This document shows, piece by piece, positions 14,496 through 29,002 of a stretch of DNA of 64,000 nucleotides. Numbering within the stretch: the stretch's first letter is position 1; every line of letters begins with the position of its first letter. The notes under the pieces were generated by a model. The model was not told the DNA's origin and ran no database searches. It saw only the letters and a list, made by a program, of their open reading frames with translations. The DNA lies in contig JBHGNT010000021.1 in the NCBI GenBank assembly GCA_043228905.1, forward strand, positions 12,834,001-12,898,000, written 5' to 3'. Source of the stretch: Azolla caroliniana (lineage: Eukaryota > Plantae > Polypodiophyta). The translations under genes were made by a program, and so were the position numbers.

Positions 14496-14974
14496 AAAAC
14501 TTTCCACGCCAGAATGGGCGAATGGATCAATCTAGCTGAAAACAAATAATCACAAAAACCAGAGCTTTACAAAGGAAATACCATAAAGTTACAACTTAAG
14601 ATGATTTGGAAAACCCTAACGCATTCGAAGGTTTTCGTTGATTCAGGGGATACATACGTACATTACATCACCTCTCTCGTCTGACAAGAATTTTACAGAT
14701 CTCTCAGAGCAGGCGGGGACCCATTTGAAGAGGATCGGATTTGGGTTAATGGGTACTGAACCTCTGACCCTAAAAACAAAAACTATTTCTTCTGTGTGTC
14801 TCATTCTCCGGATTGCTGCTAGTAGGAGGCTCTTAAATCACTGTTTATTGTGATATAATTAAAACTCAAACTTGAAGTTAAAGTTCCATCTTTGGAGCAC
14901 CTTAGAAAGTGAATTTTTATTAGGGGATGGGCCCATCACTTATAAATTATAATAGAGTCAATCAAATGTACATA

Positions 14975-15166
14975 AAACATCACCAAGACACACTAGGAGC
15001 TCAGAACATCACCAGACTAGGCAAGTGGTCACTAGTCTGTCGGGTCAAAGCCTAGAAACAAACATCTCCAGACCAAGCCGATAATTAGTTAGGCCAAAGC
15101 CAAGAAACATCTCTAGACCAAGCTAGTAGTCAGTCAGGTGAAAGCCCAGAAACATCACCAGATCAA
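14975..15166. repeat. Degenerate ~45-bp tandem repeat (4-5 copies)
   Basis: An AAACATC(A/T)CCAGAC...AAAGCC.AGA motif recurs at ~14975, 15005, 15060, 15105 and 15150. Confidence 0.6.
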
Positions 15167-15175
15167 CCCCATATA

Positions 15176-15177
<2 letters not shown>

Positions 15178-15220
<43 letters not shown>

Positions 15221-17340
15221 CGTAAATAATGGCTTTTATTAGGAAAGAAAAAACACCACCATGACTAACTTACTACAAAGTATAGAACCCTTCTATCTAG
15301 GGATCTAAAGACTACTACGTCACCAAACTCAATGCCACCCTACACACCAATTCAAATGGCGAATATGATGATATGTGACCTTGCAGAGTTCTCTCTCTTC
15401 CTGTTTGAGATTTCGTGACTTCTCTAGCATTGTCAATTGCCACAAAAGAAGTCCTTTTAACTTTAGAACATATTTTCTCACCCCAACTTGCGAATAAAAA
15501 ATGAAGGCATTCCTCATATTCCAATTGAACCATAGCCCCCAATACCTCAAGAACTCAAAAATAATTTGAAAATGAGGCATTGGTTCATTGTTCTCTATAT
15601 ATGCAAAAACCCAACCGAAGAAAGATATACTTACTTCGGTTAGAGACATCCACACCAAATTGATACACCTCCAAACCATCCTTGCCATCGGGCATGAAAT
15701 AAATCGATGCCTACTATGTTCCAATTCCACCGAACAAAAGAAACACAATCCTTTAGTAATGTTTCTTTTTTTTAATGCATCCCCCAATGGTAAAGCTCCA
15801 ACCATAACTCTCCAAATAAATACCTTGGCTCGTAGCATCAATCAAGAACACCAACCTGTCTTGATCACATGTTCAACTTCCAAGTAATGGGCTTATGAAA
15901 ACCCCATATCTTTATAACCCTTTCTTCCAACCACTTATGTTTGTCAATCAACTTGTGATAAGCAACATTTGTTGAGATCATAGTCAATCTCTTATTTCCA
16001 ACAAACCTCCAATCAAGCTCTTGAGATCGCCCATCTAAATTAGGAATTGGCTCATACGAAGAAAGTATTTGTTGCAACTTATCCCAAATAAAGGTATAAC
16101 CTTTTGGAATACGAAATGTTGATCTTATTGTTCGAAAATCCATTAATCTTCTTTGTGACACCAACATAGCATCCTTAATTGTTACCAAACCCAATCGATC
16201 CATCCGATTAAATTGAAGGTTAAGAATTTGTTTATCTTCCCACCTCAACAACCTTGATGTCACCAAAACCTCCATTTGTAATAAATTGGCACATCCCCTT
16301 TCTTGTGGAGGATTCCATTCCACAAAATCCAACATATTTTGCCATGATGTCAACAAATGATTAACTATCATAGACCCTGCACATTTGACATCCCTGTCAG
16401 AATTAATTACATTCCACCAATTCGCTTCAACCTCCATGTTTCCAAGCTTAATTCTGTTTTTCTCAATAAAGTACGCCACCATTTCTATACAAGGTTGTAC
16501 ACCTTCAAACATAAATCGACGAGCCACAATATGCTCATATAGATTCAATATTGATGCCCTACCAAGACACTTCGGAGTACAAACATGATCACATGCCAAC
16601 AACGACAAGACACTTTTCCCTTTTCTTTTCCATAACAACATTCACATTGAGTGTGACAACATTTCAAGAGCTTTCTTTGACCATGGGAGCAAAGGAAGAT
16701 AATAAGATACCAAAGAGACCATAATCAATTGGACCACCTTAAGTCGGACATGAAAAGGCCAAAATTGAGACCTCCAATACATAAACTTATCCTCCAACCT
16801 TTTGGATACCCACTCAATAAGTTTCACATGAGAAACTTACACCCCAATTGGATATCCAAGGTGATGACAAATCATACAACGATGTACTATCCTTCCTGAC
16901 CACCCCAACCCTAACACATCTTATTCTGTACATGAAATGAGGACAAATTTATGCATCTTAATTCTCAACCTTGAAGCATTTGAAAACAATTCCCACGCAT
17001 CTCTTGTCTTACTAATATTTTCCCGATTAGGTGCCAAAAACATAATATGGTCATCGGAGAGAGCTTGAACAATACATGGCTTCCCTGATGGCAACCTTAG
17101 TCCAAACAATTATTCCTCCATAGCCATATTGTGTAACTTGACAAGAATAGGATGTGTCACAATAGTGAATAGTAAAGGACTTACCAGGCATCCTTGTCTA
17201 ACTGGCCTCTGAATAGAATTCGGTTCTGTTACTCCTCCATTAAACATCACATGTAAAACTAAACCCTCCCCTAATGTGTATATCAACTTAATAGGATCAC
17301 CAAAACCCCTACATTCCACAATGGCATCTAGTGAATGAAG
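15178..17340 (-). mobile_element. 5'-truncated, degenerate L1-clade LINE (RT C-half plus zf-RVT-like domain) ending at a (GA)n tract
   Basis: Broken ORFs carry RQGCLVSPLLF, LSDDHIMFL (decayed ADD box) and KVFIWRVMVGALP...CFFC...HRFISC (zf-RVT-like). On the minus strand AATAAA near 15240 is followed by AAAA(GA)n at 15178-15220. Confidence 0.8.
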
Positions 17341-17369
17341 AGATATGTATGAAGTATATAATATAGAGT

Positions 17370-17438
17370 TGAGGAAATTGGGGTTCGAACCCAAGACACA
17401 GAGCTTGTAGTGTAACAACTTACCATTAGGGTAAACTA
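17370..17438 (-). other. tRNA-like/SINE-head-like fragment
   Basis: The minus strand reads CTAATGGTAAG (A-box/D-loop-like) ... TTGGG-TTCGAAC-CCCAA (perfect T-arm with B-box). There is no acceptor stem, so it is not a functional tRNA. Confidence 0.3.
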
Positions 17439-17535
17439 ATTACAATAAAAAGAGAGAGAGAGGGAGAGGGAGAGAGAGAGAAAGAGAGAGAGAGAGAGAA
17501 CTTAGGGAACTCCCTAATTTCTCTCTTTCTCTCTC

Positions 17536-18472
17536 AATATCTCTTTAACACTTTGGTGACACCGGTTCTTCTCTATGGGGTGGAAGTATGGGGCGATAAC
17601 ATCCCTAAATCTACATGGAAAGAGTTTGAAAATGTTCAAAAACATTTTCTTACAAAGTTTCTACAAGTTAAGAAACAAATGCCCTACACCCTCCTCCTTG
17701 AGACATGATCGCTTCCCATTGAGATCATGGCCATGGAAAGGGTTGTTGAATACATGCTTAAGGTTAAAAAATGTCCCTCACATCAACTTCCTAGAATTGC
17801 ATGGGAAGCCAGGCAAAAGATCCAAAAGACGCATAAAAGCAAAATTTTGTGTTCCGGTTGGATGCAAGATATAGAAAAATGGTTTGGTAGATGGGATGCC
17901 AAACACTTGCTTCATGATGCATCACTATATTCCTCGTTAAACAAGGCCTTTTTGCAACGCCAATGTATCATGACATGGGACAAATGTGGAGGCTCATGCT
18001 TCACACATTATACTACACATGTTGCACCTAACGACAAAACCATATTCTTCACGGAACGGGGAAACGATACACATCGATACATGTTAGAGCCCATCTTCTT
18101 ATCTGCCATTCGAACTATTGCTTCAATGCGACTTAGCTCACATGTATTGTGATGTGAGACGGGGCGTTGGGGCACAAGTGATGAGAGTGGCCGGCTATGC
18201 ATACATTGCCCTAAATAACTTCGAGAATTTGAGTATCACACTTTAATACAATGCTCTGCCTTTGATCATATTTGACCATGGTTTCCACATCTCTTCGACC
18301 GAGCCCAATCCTTGCCCGAATTTCTCTCACAACCATAATGTGTACTCTCGAGTGCAACATTCGTTGATAAAGTTCTTAAACATTGAGAATTGCTACTCAC
18401 TTTCACACGTATCACGTGAAATGTAATATTTTTTGTCTCATAGGTCATATTTGACCTCTGAAGGAGATAATA

Positions 18473-18528
<56 letters not shown>

Positions 18529-20221
18529 TAGCACCGTAGCACCATAAAAATAGTACCATAGCACCGTTGATCACCTTCTCACCCTTTGAGTATTAATGGA
18601 GGAAAGTCGCCTTAGAGGTTTATATTGTTGCTTTGTAGACTTCAAGAAAGCTTTTGATATGGTACCTCGTGAGCATCTTTGGAGGCGAATGGAAGAACTT
18701 GAGATGCCAAGTGAATATATGCTTGCAATTTCCCGAATTTATGAGAAGGTTATATTTTGTGTGCGTATGAGAGATAGACTTTCAGATTTTTTCAATAGCA
18801 CTATTGGTGTTAAGCAAGGATGCCCACTCTCACCAACACTATTTGGTCTATGCATTGATGAATTGGAAGAAATGGTTACCAAGTTTGTAAAGGAAGAATG
18901 TGTTGAAGAAGTTGCCATCGGGAATGTTGTGATTAGGCTTTTGCTATATGCAGATGATGTAGTGCTTTTTGCAAATACTTAAGGAGATGCACAAAAGCTT
19001 ATGAAGGCATTGGATTTTTTTTGCATGCACACTAAATTAAGTGTCAATAGCTCTAAAACAAAGATTATGCTTGTGAAGAGCCAAAAAAGAGATAAACCAT
19101 GCATTATGTACAACAATGAGCCACTTGAATGTGTGGAAAGCTTCAATATCTTGGCCTTGAAGTTCCTTCAAATCATCGATGGAATGAATGTGCTACACAC
19201 CGTTTAGAGGCGAGTAAGCGAGCATATACTATGCATTTGAGAACACATTCAAACTTGGAGATATTAAGTGTTGGGTCCTCAAGGAATATCTTTTCCACAC
19301 TTTGGTGACACTAGTTCTTCTCTATGGGATGGAAGTATGGGACGGTAGCATCCCTAAATCTATGTGGAAAGAGTTTGAAAATGTCCACAAACATTTTCTT
19401 ACAAAGTTTCTACAAGTTAAGAAACAAATGCCCTACACCCTCCTCCTTGAGACATGATCGCTTCCCATTGAGATCATGGCCATGGAAAGGGTTGTTGAAT
19501 ACATGCTTAAGGTTAAAAAATGTCCCTCACATCAACTTCCTAGAATTGCATGGGAAGCCAGGCAAAAGATCCAAAAGACGCATAAAAGCAAAATTTTGTG
19601 TTCCGGTTGGATGCAAGATATAGAAAAATGGTTTGGTAGATGGGATGCCAAACACTTGCTTCATGATGCATCACTATATTCCTCGTTAAACAAGGCCTTT
19701 TTGCAACGCCAATGTATCATGACATGGGACAAATGTGGAGGCTCATGCTTCACACATTATACTACACATGTTGCACCTAACGACAAAACCATATTCTTCA
19801 CGGAACGGGGAAACGATACACATCGATACATGTTAGAGCCCATCTTCTTATCTGCCATTCGAACTATTGCTTCAATGCGACTTAGCTCACATGTATTGTG
19901 ATGTGAGACGGGGCGTTGGGGCACAAGTGATGAGAGTGGCCGGCTATGCATACATTGCCCTAAATAACTTCGAGAATTTGAGTATCACACTTTAATACAA
20001 TGCTCTGCCTTTGATCATATTTGACCATGGTTTCCACATCTCTTCGACCGAGCCCAATCCTTGCCCGAATTTCTCTCACAACCATAATGTGTACTCTCGA
20101 GTGCAACATTCGTTGATAAAGTTCTTAAACATTGAGAATTGCTACTCACTTTCACACGTATCACGTGAAATGTAATATTTTTTGTCTCATAGGTCATATT
20201 TGACCTCTGAAGGAGATAATA

Positions 20222-20281
<60 letters not shown>

Positions 20282-21976
20282 TAGCACCGTAGCACCATAA
20301 AAATAGTACCATAGCACCGTTGATCACCTTCTCACCCTTTGAGTATTAATGGAGGAAAGTCGCCTTAGAGGTTTATATTGTTGCTTTGTAGACTTCAAGA
20401 AAGCTTTTGATATGGTACCTCGTGAGCATCTTTGGAGGCGAATGGAAGAACTTGAGATGCCAAGTGAATATATGCTTGCAATTTCCCAAATTTATGAGAA
20501 GGTTATATTTTGTGTGCGTATGAGAGATAGACTTTCAGATTTTTTCAATAGCACTATTGGTGTTAAGCAAGGATGCCCACTCTCACCAACACTATTTGGT
20601 CTATGCATTGATGAATTGGAAGAAATGGTTACCAAGTTTGTAAAGGAAGAATGTGTTGAAGAAGTTGCCATCGGGAATGTTGTGATTAGGCTTTTGCTAT
20701 ATGCAGATGATGTAGTGCTTTTTGCAAATACTTAAGGAGATGCACAAAAGCTTATGAAGGCATTGGATTTTTTTTGCATGCACACTAAATTAAGTGTCAA
20801 TAGCTCTAAAACAAAGATTATGCTTGTGAAGAGCCAAAAAAGAGATAAACCATGCATTATGTACAACAATGAGCCACTTGAATGTGTGGAAAGCTTCAAT
20901 ATCTTGGCCTTGAAGTTCCTTCAAATCATCGATGGAATGAATGTGCTACACACCGTTTAGAGGCGAGTAAGCGAGCATATACTATGCATTTGAGAACACA
21001 TTCAAACTTGGAGATATTAAGTGTTGGGTCCTCAAGGAATATCTTTTCCACACTTTGGTGACACTAGTTCTTCTCTCTATGGGATGGAAGTATGGGACGG
21101 TAGCATCCCTAAATCTATGTGGAAAGAGTTTGAAAATGTCCACAAACATTTTCTTACAAAGTTTCTACAAGTTAAGAAACAAATGCCCTACACCCTCCTC
21201 CTTGAGACATGATCGCTTCCCATTGAGATCATGGCCATGGAAAGGGTTGTTGAATACATGCTTAAGGTTAAAAAATGTCCCTCACATCAACTTCCTAGAA
21301 TTGCATGGGAAGCCAGGCAAAAGATCCAAAAGACGCATAAAAGCAAAATTTTGTGTTCCGGTTGGATGCAAGATATAGAAAAATGGTTTGGTAGATGGGA
21401 TGCCAAACACTTGCTTCATGATGCATCACTATATTCCTCGTTAAACAAGGCCTTTTTGCAACGCCAATGTATCATGACATGGGACAAATGTGGAGGCTCA
21501 TGCTTCACACATTATACTACACATGTTGCACCTAACGACAAAACCATATTCTTCACGGAACGGGGAAACGATACACATCGATACATGTTAGAGCCCATCT
21601 TCTTATCTGCCATTCGAACTATTGCTTCAATGCGACTTAGCTCACATGTATTGTGATGTGAGACGGGGCGTTGGGGCACAAGTGATGAGAGTGGCCGGCT
21701 ATGCATACATTGCCCTAAATAACTTCGAGAATTTGAGTATCACACTTTAATACAATGCTCTGCCTTTGATCATATTTGACCATGGTTTCCACATCTCTTC
21801 GACCGAGCCCAATCCTTGCCCGAATTTCTCTCACAACCATAATGTGTACTCTCGAGTGCAACATTCGTTGATAAAGTTCTTAAACATTGAGAATTGCTAC
21901 TCACTTTCACACGTATCACGTGAAATGTAATATTTTTTGTCTCATAGGTCATATTTGACCTCTGAAGGAGATAATA

Positions 21977-22032
<56 letters not shown>

Positions 22033-23725
22033 TAGCACCGTAGCACCATAAAAATAGTACCATAGCACCGTTGATCACCTTCTCACCCTTTGAGTATTAA
22101 TGGAGGAAAGTCGCCTTAGAGGTTTATATTGTTGCTTTGTAGACTTCAAGAAAGCTTTTGATATGGTACCTCGTGAGCATCTTTGGAGGCGAATGGAAGA
22201 ACTTGAGATGCCAAGTGAATATATGCTTGCAATTTCCCGAATTTATGAGAAGGTTATATTTTGTGTGCGTATGAGAGATAGACTTTCAGATTTTTTCAAT
22301 AGCACTATTGGTGTTAAGCAAGGATGCCCACTCTCACCAACACTATTTGGTCTATGCATTGATGAATTGGAAGAAATGGTTACCAAGTTTGTAAAGGAAG
22401 AATGTGTTGAAGAAGTTGCCATCGGGAATGTTGTGATTAGGCTTTTGCTATATGCAGATGATGTAGTGCTTTTTGCAAATACTTAAGGAGATGCACAAAA
22501 GCTTATGAAGGCATTGGATTTTTTTTGCATGCACACTAAATTAAGTGTCAATAGCTCTAAAACAAAGATTATGCTTGTGAAGAGCCAAAAAAGAGATAAA
22601 CCATGCATTATGTACAACAATGAGCCACTTGAATGTGTGGAAAGCTTCAATATCTTGGCCTTGAAGTTCCTTCAAATCATCGATGGAATGAATGTGCTAC
22701 ACACCGTTTAGAGGCGAGTAAGCGAGCATATACTATGCATTTGAGAACACATTCAAACTTGGAGATATTAAGTGTTGGGTCCTCAAGGAATATCTTTTCC
22801 ACACTTTGGTGACACTAGTTCTTCTCTATGGGATGGAAGTATGGGACGGTAGCATCCCTAAATCTATGTGGAAAGAGTTTGAAAATGTCCACAAACATTT
22901 TCTTACAAAGTTTCTACAAGTTAAGAAACAAATGCCCTACACCCTCCTCCTTGAGACATGATCGCTTCCCATTGAGATCATGGCCATGGAAAGGGTTGTT
23001 GAATACATGCTTAAGGTTAAAAAATGTCCCTCACATCAACTTCCTAGAATTGCATGGGAAGCCAGGCAAAAGATCCAAAAGACGCATAAAAGCAAAATTT
23101 TGTGTTCCGGTTGGATGCAAGATATAGAAAAATGGTTTGGTAGATGGGATGCCAAACACTTGCTTCATGATGCATCACTATATTCCTCGTTAAACAAGGC
23201 CTTTTTGCAACGCCAATGTATCATGACATGGGACAAATGTGGAGGCTCATGCTTCACACATTATACTACACATGTTGCACCTAACGACAAAACCATATTC
23301 TTCACGGAACGGGGAAACGATACACATCGATACATGTTAGAGCCCATCTTCTTATCTGCCATTCGAACTATTGCTTCAATGCGACTTAGCTCACATGTAT
23401 TGTGATGTGAGACGGGGCGTTGGGGCACAAGTGATGAGAGTGGCCGGCTATGCATACATTGCCCTAAATAACTTCGAGAATTTGAGTATCACACTTTAAT
23501 ACAATGCTCTGCCTTTGATCATATTTGACCATGGTTTCCACATCTCTTCGACCGAGCCCAATCCTTGCCCGAATTTCTCTCACAACCATAATGTGTACTC
23601 TCGAGTGCAACATTCGTTGATAAAGTTCTTAAACATTGAGAATTGCTACTCACTTTCACACGTATCACGTGAAATGTAATATTTTTTGTCTCATAGGTCA
23701 TATTTGACCTCTGAAGGAGATAATA

Positions 23726-23781
<56 letters not shown>

Positions 23782-25474
23782 TAGCACCGTAGCACCATAA
23801 AAATAGTACCATAGCACCGTTGATCACCTTCTCACCCTTTGAGTATTAATGGAGGAAAGTCGCCTTAGAGGTTTATATTGTTGCTTTGTAGACTTCAAGA
23901 AAGCTTTTGATATGGTACCTCGTGAGCATCTTTGGAGGCGAATGGAAGAACTTGAGATGCCAAGTGAATATATGCTTGCAATTTCCCGAATTTATGAGAA
24001 GGTTATATTTTGTGTGCGTATGAGAGATAGACTTTCAGATTTTTTCAATAGCACTATTGGTGTTAAGCAAGGATGCCCACTCTCACCAACACTATTTGGT
24101 CTATGCATTGATGAATTGGAAGAAATGGTTACCAAGTTTGTAAAGGAAGAATGTGTTGAAGAAGTTGCCATCGGGAATGTTGTGATTAGGCTTTTGCTAT
24201 ATGCAGATGATGTAGTGCTTTTTGCAAATACTTAAGGAGATGCACAAAAGCTTATGAAGGCATTGGATTTTTTTTGCATGCACACTAAATTAAGTGTCAA
24301 TAGCTCTAAAACAAAGATTATGCTTGTGAAGAGCCAAAAAAGAGATAAACCATGCATTATGTACAACAATGAGCCACTTGAATGTGTGGAAAGCTTCAAT
24401 ATCTTGGCCTTGAAGTTCCTTCAAATCATCGATGGAATGAATGTGCTACACACCGTTTAGAGGCGAGTAAGCGAGCATATACTATGCATTTGAGAACACA
24501 TTCAAACTTGGAGATATTAAGTGTTGGGTCCTCAAGGAATATCTTTTCCACACTTTGGTGACACTAGTTCTTCTCTATGGGATGGAAGTATGGGACGGTA
24601 GCATCCCTAAATCTATGTGGAAAGAGTTTGAAAATGTCCACAAACATTTTCTTACAAAGTTTCTACAAGTTAAGAAACAAATGCCCTACACCCTCCTCCT
24701 TGAGACATGATCGCTTCCCATTGAGATCATGGCCATGGAAAGGGTTGTTGAATACATGCTTAAGGTTAAAAAATGTCCCTCACATCAACTTCCTAGAATT
24801 GCATGGGAAGCCAGGCAAAAGATCCAAAAGACGCATAAAAGCAAAATTTTGTGTTCCGGTTGGATGCAAGATATAGAAAAATGGTTTGGTAGATGGGATG
24901 CCAAACACTTGCTTCATGATGCATCACTATATTCCTCGTTAAACAAGGCCTTTTTGCAACGCCAATGTATCATGACATGGGACAAATGTGGAGGCTCATG
25001 CTTCACACATTATACTACACATGTTGCACCTAACGACAAAACCATATTCTTCACGGAACGGGGAAACGATACACATCGATACATGTTAGAGCCCATCTTC
25101 TTATCTGCCATTCGAACTATTGCTTCAATGCGACTTAGCTCACATGTATTGTGATGTGAGACGGGGCGTTGGGGCACAAGTGATGAGAGTGGCCGGCTAT
25201 GCATACATTGCCCTAAATAACTTCGAGAATTTGAGTATCACACTTTAATACAATGCTCTGCCTTTGATCATATTTGACCATGGTTTCCACATCTCTTCGA
25301 CCGAGCCCAATCCTTGCCCGAATTTCTCTCACAACCATAATGTGTACTCTCGAGTGCAACATTCGTTGATAAAGTTCTTAAACATTGAGAATTGCTACTC
25401 ACTTTCACACGTATCACGTGAAATGTAATATTTTTTGTCTCATAGGTCATATTTGACCTCTGAAGGAGATAATA

Positions 25475-25530
<56 letters not shown>

Positions 25531-27223
25531 TAGCACCGTAGCACCATAAAAATAGTACCATAGCACCGTTGATCACCTTCTCACCCTTTGAGTATTAATG
25601 GAGGAAAGTCGCCTTAGAGGTTTATATTGTTGCTTTGTAGACTTCAAGAAAGCTTTTGATATGGTACCTCGTGAGCATCTTTGGAGGCGAATGGAAGAAC
25701 TTGAGATGCCAAGTGAATATATGCTTGCAATTTCCCGAATTTATGAGAAGGTTATATTTTGTGTGCGTATGAGAGATAGACTTTCAGATTTTTTCAATAG
25801 CACTATTGGTGTTAAGCAAGGATGCCCACTCTCACCAACACTATTTGGTCTATGCATTGATGAATTGGAAGAAATGGTTACCAAGTTTGTAAAGGAAGAA
25901 TGTGTTGAAGAAGTTGCCATCGGGAATGTTGTGATTAGGCTTTTGCTATATGCAGATGATGTAGTGCTTTTTGCAAATACTTAAGGAGATGCACAAAAGC
26001 TTATGAAGGCATTGGATTTTTTTTGCATGCACACTAAATTAAGTGTCAATAGCTCTAAAACAAAGATTATGCTTGTGAAGAGCCAAAAAAGAGATAAACC
26101 ATGCATTATGTACAACAATGAGCCACTTGAATGTGTGGAAAGCTTCAATATCTTGGCCTTGAAGTTCCTTCAAATCATCGATGGAATGAATGTGCTACAC
26201 ACCGTTTAGAGGCGAGTAAGCGAGCATATACTATGCATTTGAGAACACATTCAAACTTGGAGATATTAAGTGTTGGGTCCTCAAGGAATATCTTTTCCAC
26301 ACTTTGGTGACACTAGTTCTTCTCTATGGGATGGAAGTATGGGACGGTAGCATCCCTAAATCTATGTGGAAAGAGTTTGAAAATGTCCACAAACATTTTC
26401 TTACAAAGTTTCTACAAGTTAAGAAACAAATGCCCTACACCCTCCTCCTTGAGACATGATCGCTTCCCATTGAGATCATGGCCATGGAAAGGGTTGTTGA
26501 ATACATGCTTAAGGTTAAAAAATGTCCCTCACATCAACTTCCTAGAATTGCATGGGAAGCCAGGCAAAAGATCCAAAAGACGCATAAAAGCAAAATTTTG
26601 TGTTCCGGTTGGATGCAAGATATAGAAAAATGGTTTGGTAGATGGGATGCCAAACACTTGCTTCATGATGCATCACTATATTCCTCGTTAAACAAGGCCT
26701 TTTTGCAACGCCAATGTATCATGACATGGGACAAATGTGGAGGCTCATGCTTCACACATTATACTACACATGTTGCACCTAACGACAAAACCATATTCTT
26801 CACGGAACGGGGAAACGATACACATCGATACATGTTAGAGCCCATCTTCTTATCTGCCATTCGAACTATTGCTTCAATGCGACTTAGCTCACATGTATTG
26901 TGATGTGAGACGGGGCGTTGGGGCACAAGTGATGAGAGTGGCCGGCTATGCATACATTGCCCTAAATAACTTCGAGAATTTGAGTATCACACTTTAATAC
27001 AATGCTCTGCCTTTGATCATATTTGACCATGGTTTCCACATCTCTTCGACCGAGCCCAATCCTTGCCCGAATTTCTCTCACAACCATAATGTGTACTCTC
27101 GAGTGCAACATTCGTTGATAAAGTTCTTAAACATTGAGAATTGCTACTCACTTTCACACGTATCACGTGAAATGTAATATTTTTTGTCTCATAGGTCATA
27201 TTTGACCTCTGAAGGAGATAATA

Positions 27224-27267
<44 letters not shown>

Positions 27268-28960
27268 TAGCACCGTAGCACCATAAAAATAGTACCATAG
27301 CACCGTTGATCACCTTCTCACCCTTTGAGTATTAATGGAGGAAAGTCGCCTTAGAGGTTTATATTGTTGCTTTGTAGACTTCAAGAAAGCTTTTGATATG
27401 GTACCTCGTGAGCATCTTTGGAGGCGAATGGAAGAACTTGAGATGCCAAGTGAATATATGCTTGCAATTTCCCGAATTTATGAGAAGGTTATATTTTGTG
27501 TGCGTATGAGAGATAGACTTTCAGATTTTTTCAATAGCACTATTGGTGTTAAGCAAGGATGCCCACTCTCACCAACACTATTTGGTCTATGCATTGATGA
27601 ATTGGAAGAAATGGTTACCAAGTTTGTAAAGGAAGAATGTGTTGAAGAAGTTGCCATCGGGAATGTTGTGATTAGGCTTTTGCTATATGCAGATGATGTA
27701 GTGCTTTTTGCAAATACTTAAGGAGATGCACAAAAGCTTATGAAGGCATTGGATTTTTTTTGCATGCACACTAAATTAAGTGTCAATAGCTCTAAAACAA
27801 AGATTATGCTTGTGAAGAGCCAAAAAAGAGATAAACCATGCATTATGTACAACAATGAGCCACTTGAATGTGTGGAAAGCTTCAATATCTTGGCCTTGAA
27901 GTTCCTTCAAATCATCGATGGAATGAATGTGCTACACACCGTTTAGAGGCGAGTAAGCGAGCATATACTATGCATTTGAGAACACATTCAAACTTGGAGA
28001 TATTAAGTGTTGGGTCCTCAAGGAATATCTTTTCCACACTTTGGTGACACTAGTTCTTCTCTATGGGATGGAAGTATGGGACGGTAGCATCCCTAAATCT
28101 ATGTGGAAAGAGTTTGAAAATGTCCACAAACATTTTCTTACAAAGTTTCTACAAGTTAAGAAACAAATGCCCTACACCCTCCTCCTTGAGACATGATCGC
28201 TTCCCATTGAGATCATGGCCATGGAAAGGGTTGTTGAATACATGCTTAAGGTTAAAAAATGTCCCTCACATCAACTTCCTAGAATTGCATGGGAAGCCAG
28301 GCAAAAGATCCAAAAGACGCATAAAAGCAAAATTTTGTGTTCCGGTTGGATGCAAGATATAGAAAAATGGTTTGGTAGATGGGATGCCAAACACTTGCTT
28401 CATGATGCATCACTATATTCCTCGTTAAACAAGGCCTTTTTGCAACGCCAATGTATCATGACATGGGACAAATGTGGAGGCTCATGCTTCACACATTATA
28501 CTACACATGTTGCACCTAACGACAAAACCATATTCTTCACGGAACGGGGAAACGATACACATCGATACATGTTAGAGCCCATCTTCTTATCTGCCATTCG
28601 AACTATTGCTTCAATGCGACTTAGCTCACATGTATTGTGATGTGAGACGGGGCGTTGGGGCACAAGTGATGAGAGTGGCCGGCTATGCATACATTGCCCT
28701 AAATAACTTCGAGAATTTGAGTATCACACTTTAATACAATGCTCTGCCTTTGATCATATTTGACCATGGTTTCCACATCTCTTCGACCGAGCCCAATCCT
28801 TGCCCGAATTTCTCTCACAACCATAATGTGTACTCTCGAGTGCAACATTCGTTGATAAAGTTCTTAAACATTGAGAATTGCTACTCACTTTCACACGTAT
28901 CACGTGAAATGTAATATTTTTTGTCTCATAGGTCATATTTGACCTCTGAAGGAGATAATA

Positions 28961-29002
<42 letters not shown>

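Noticed and set aside
18266-27313. Recurrent minus-strand ORFs with RERERE tracts
   Set aside because: They are translations of the (TC)n tails and appear or vanish with tract length.
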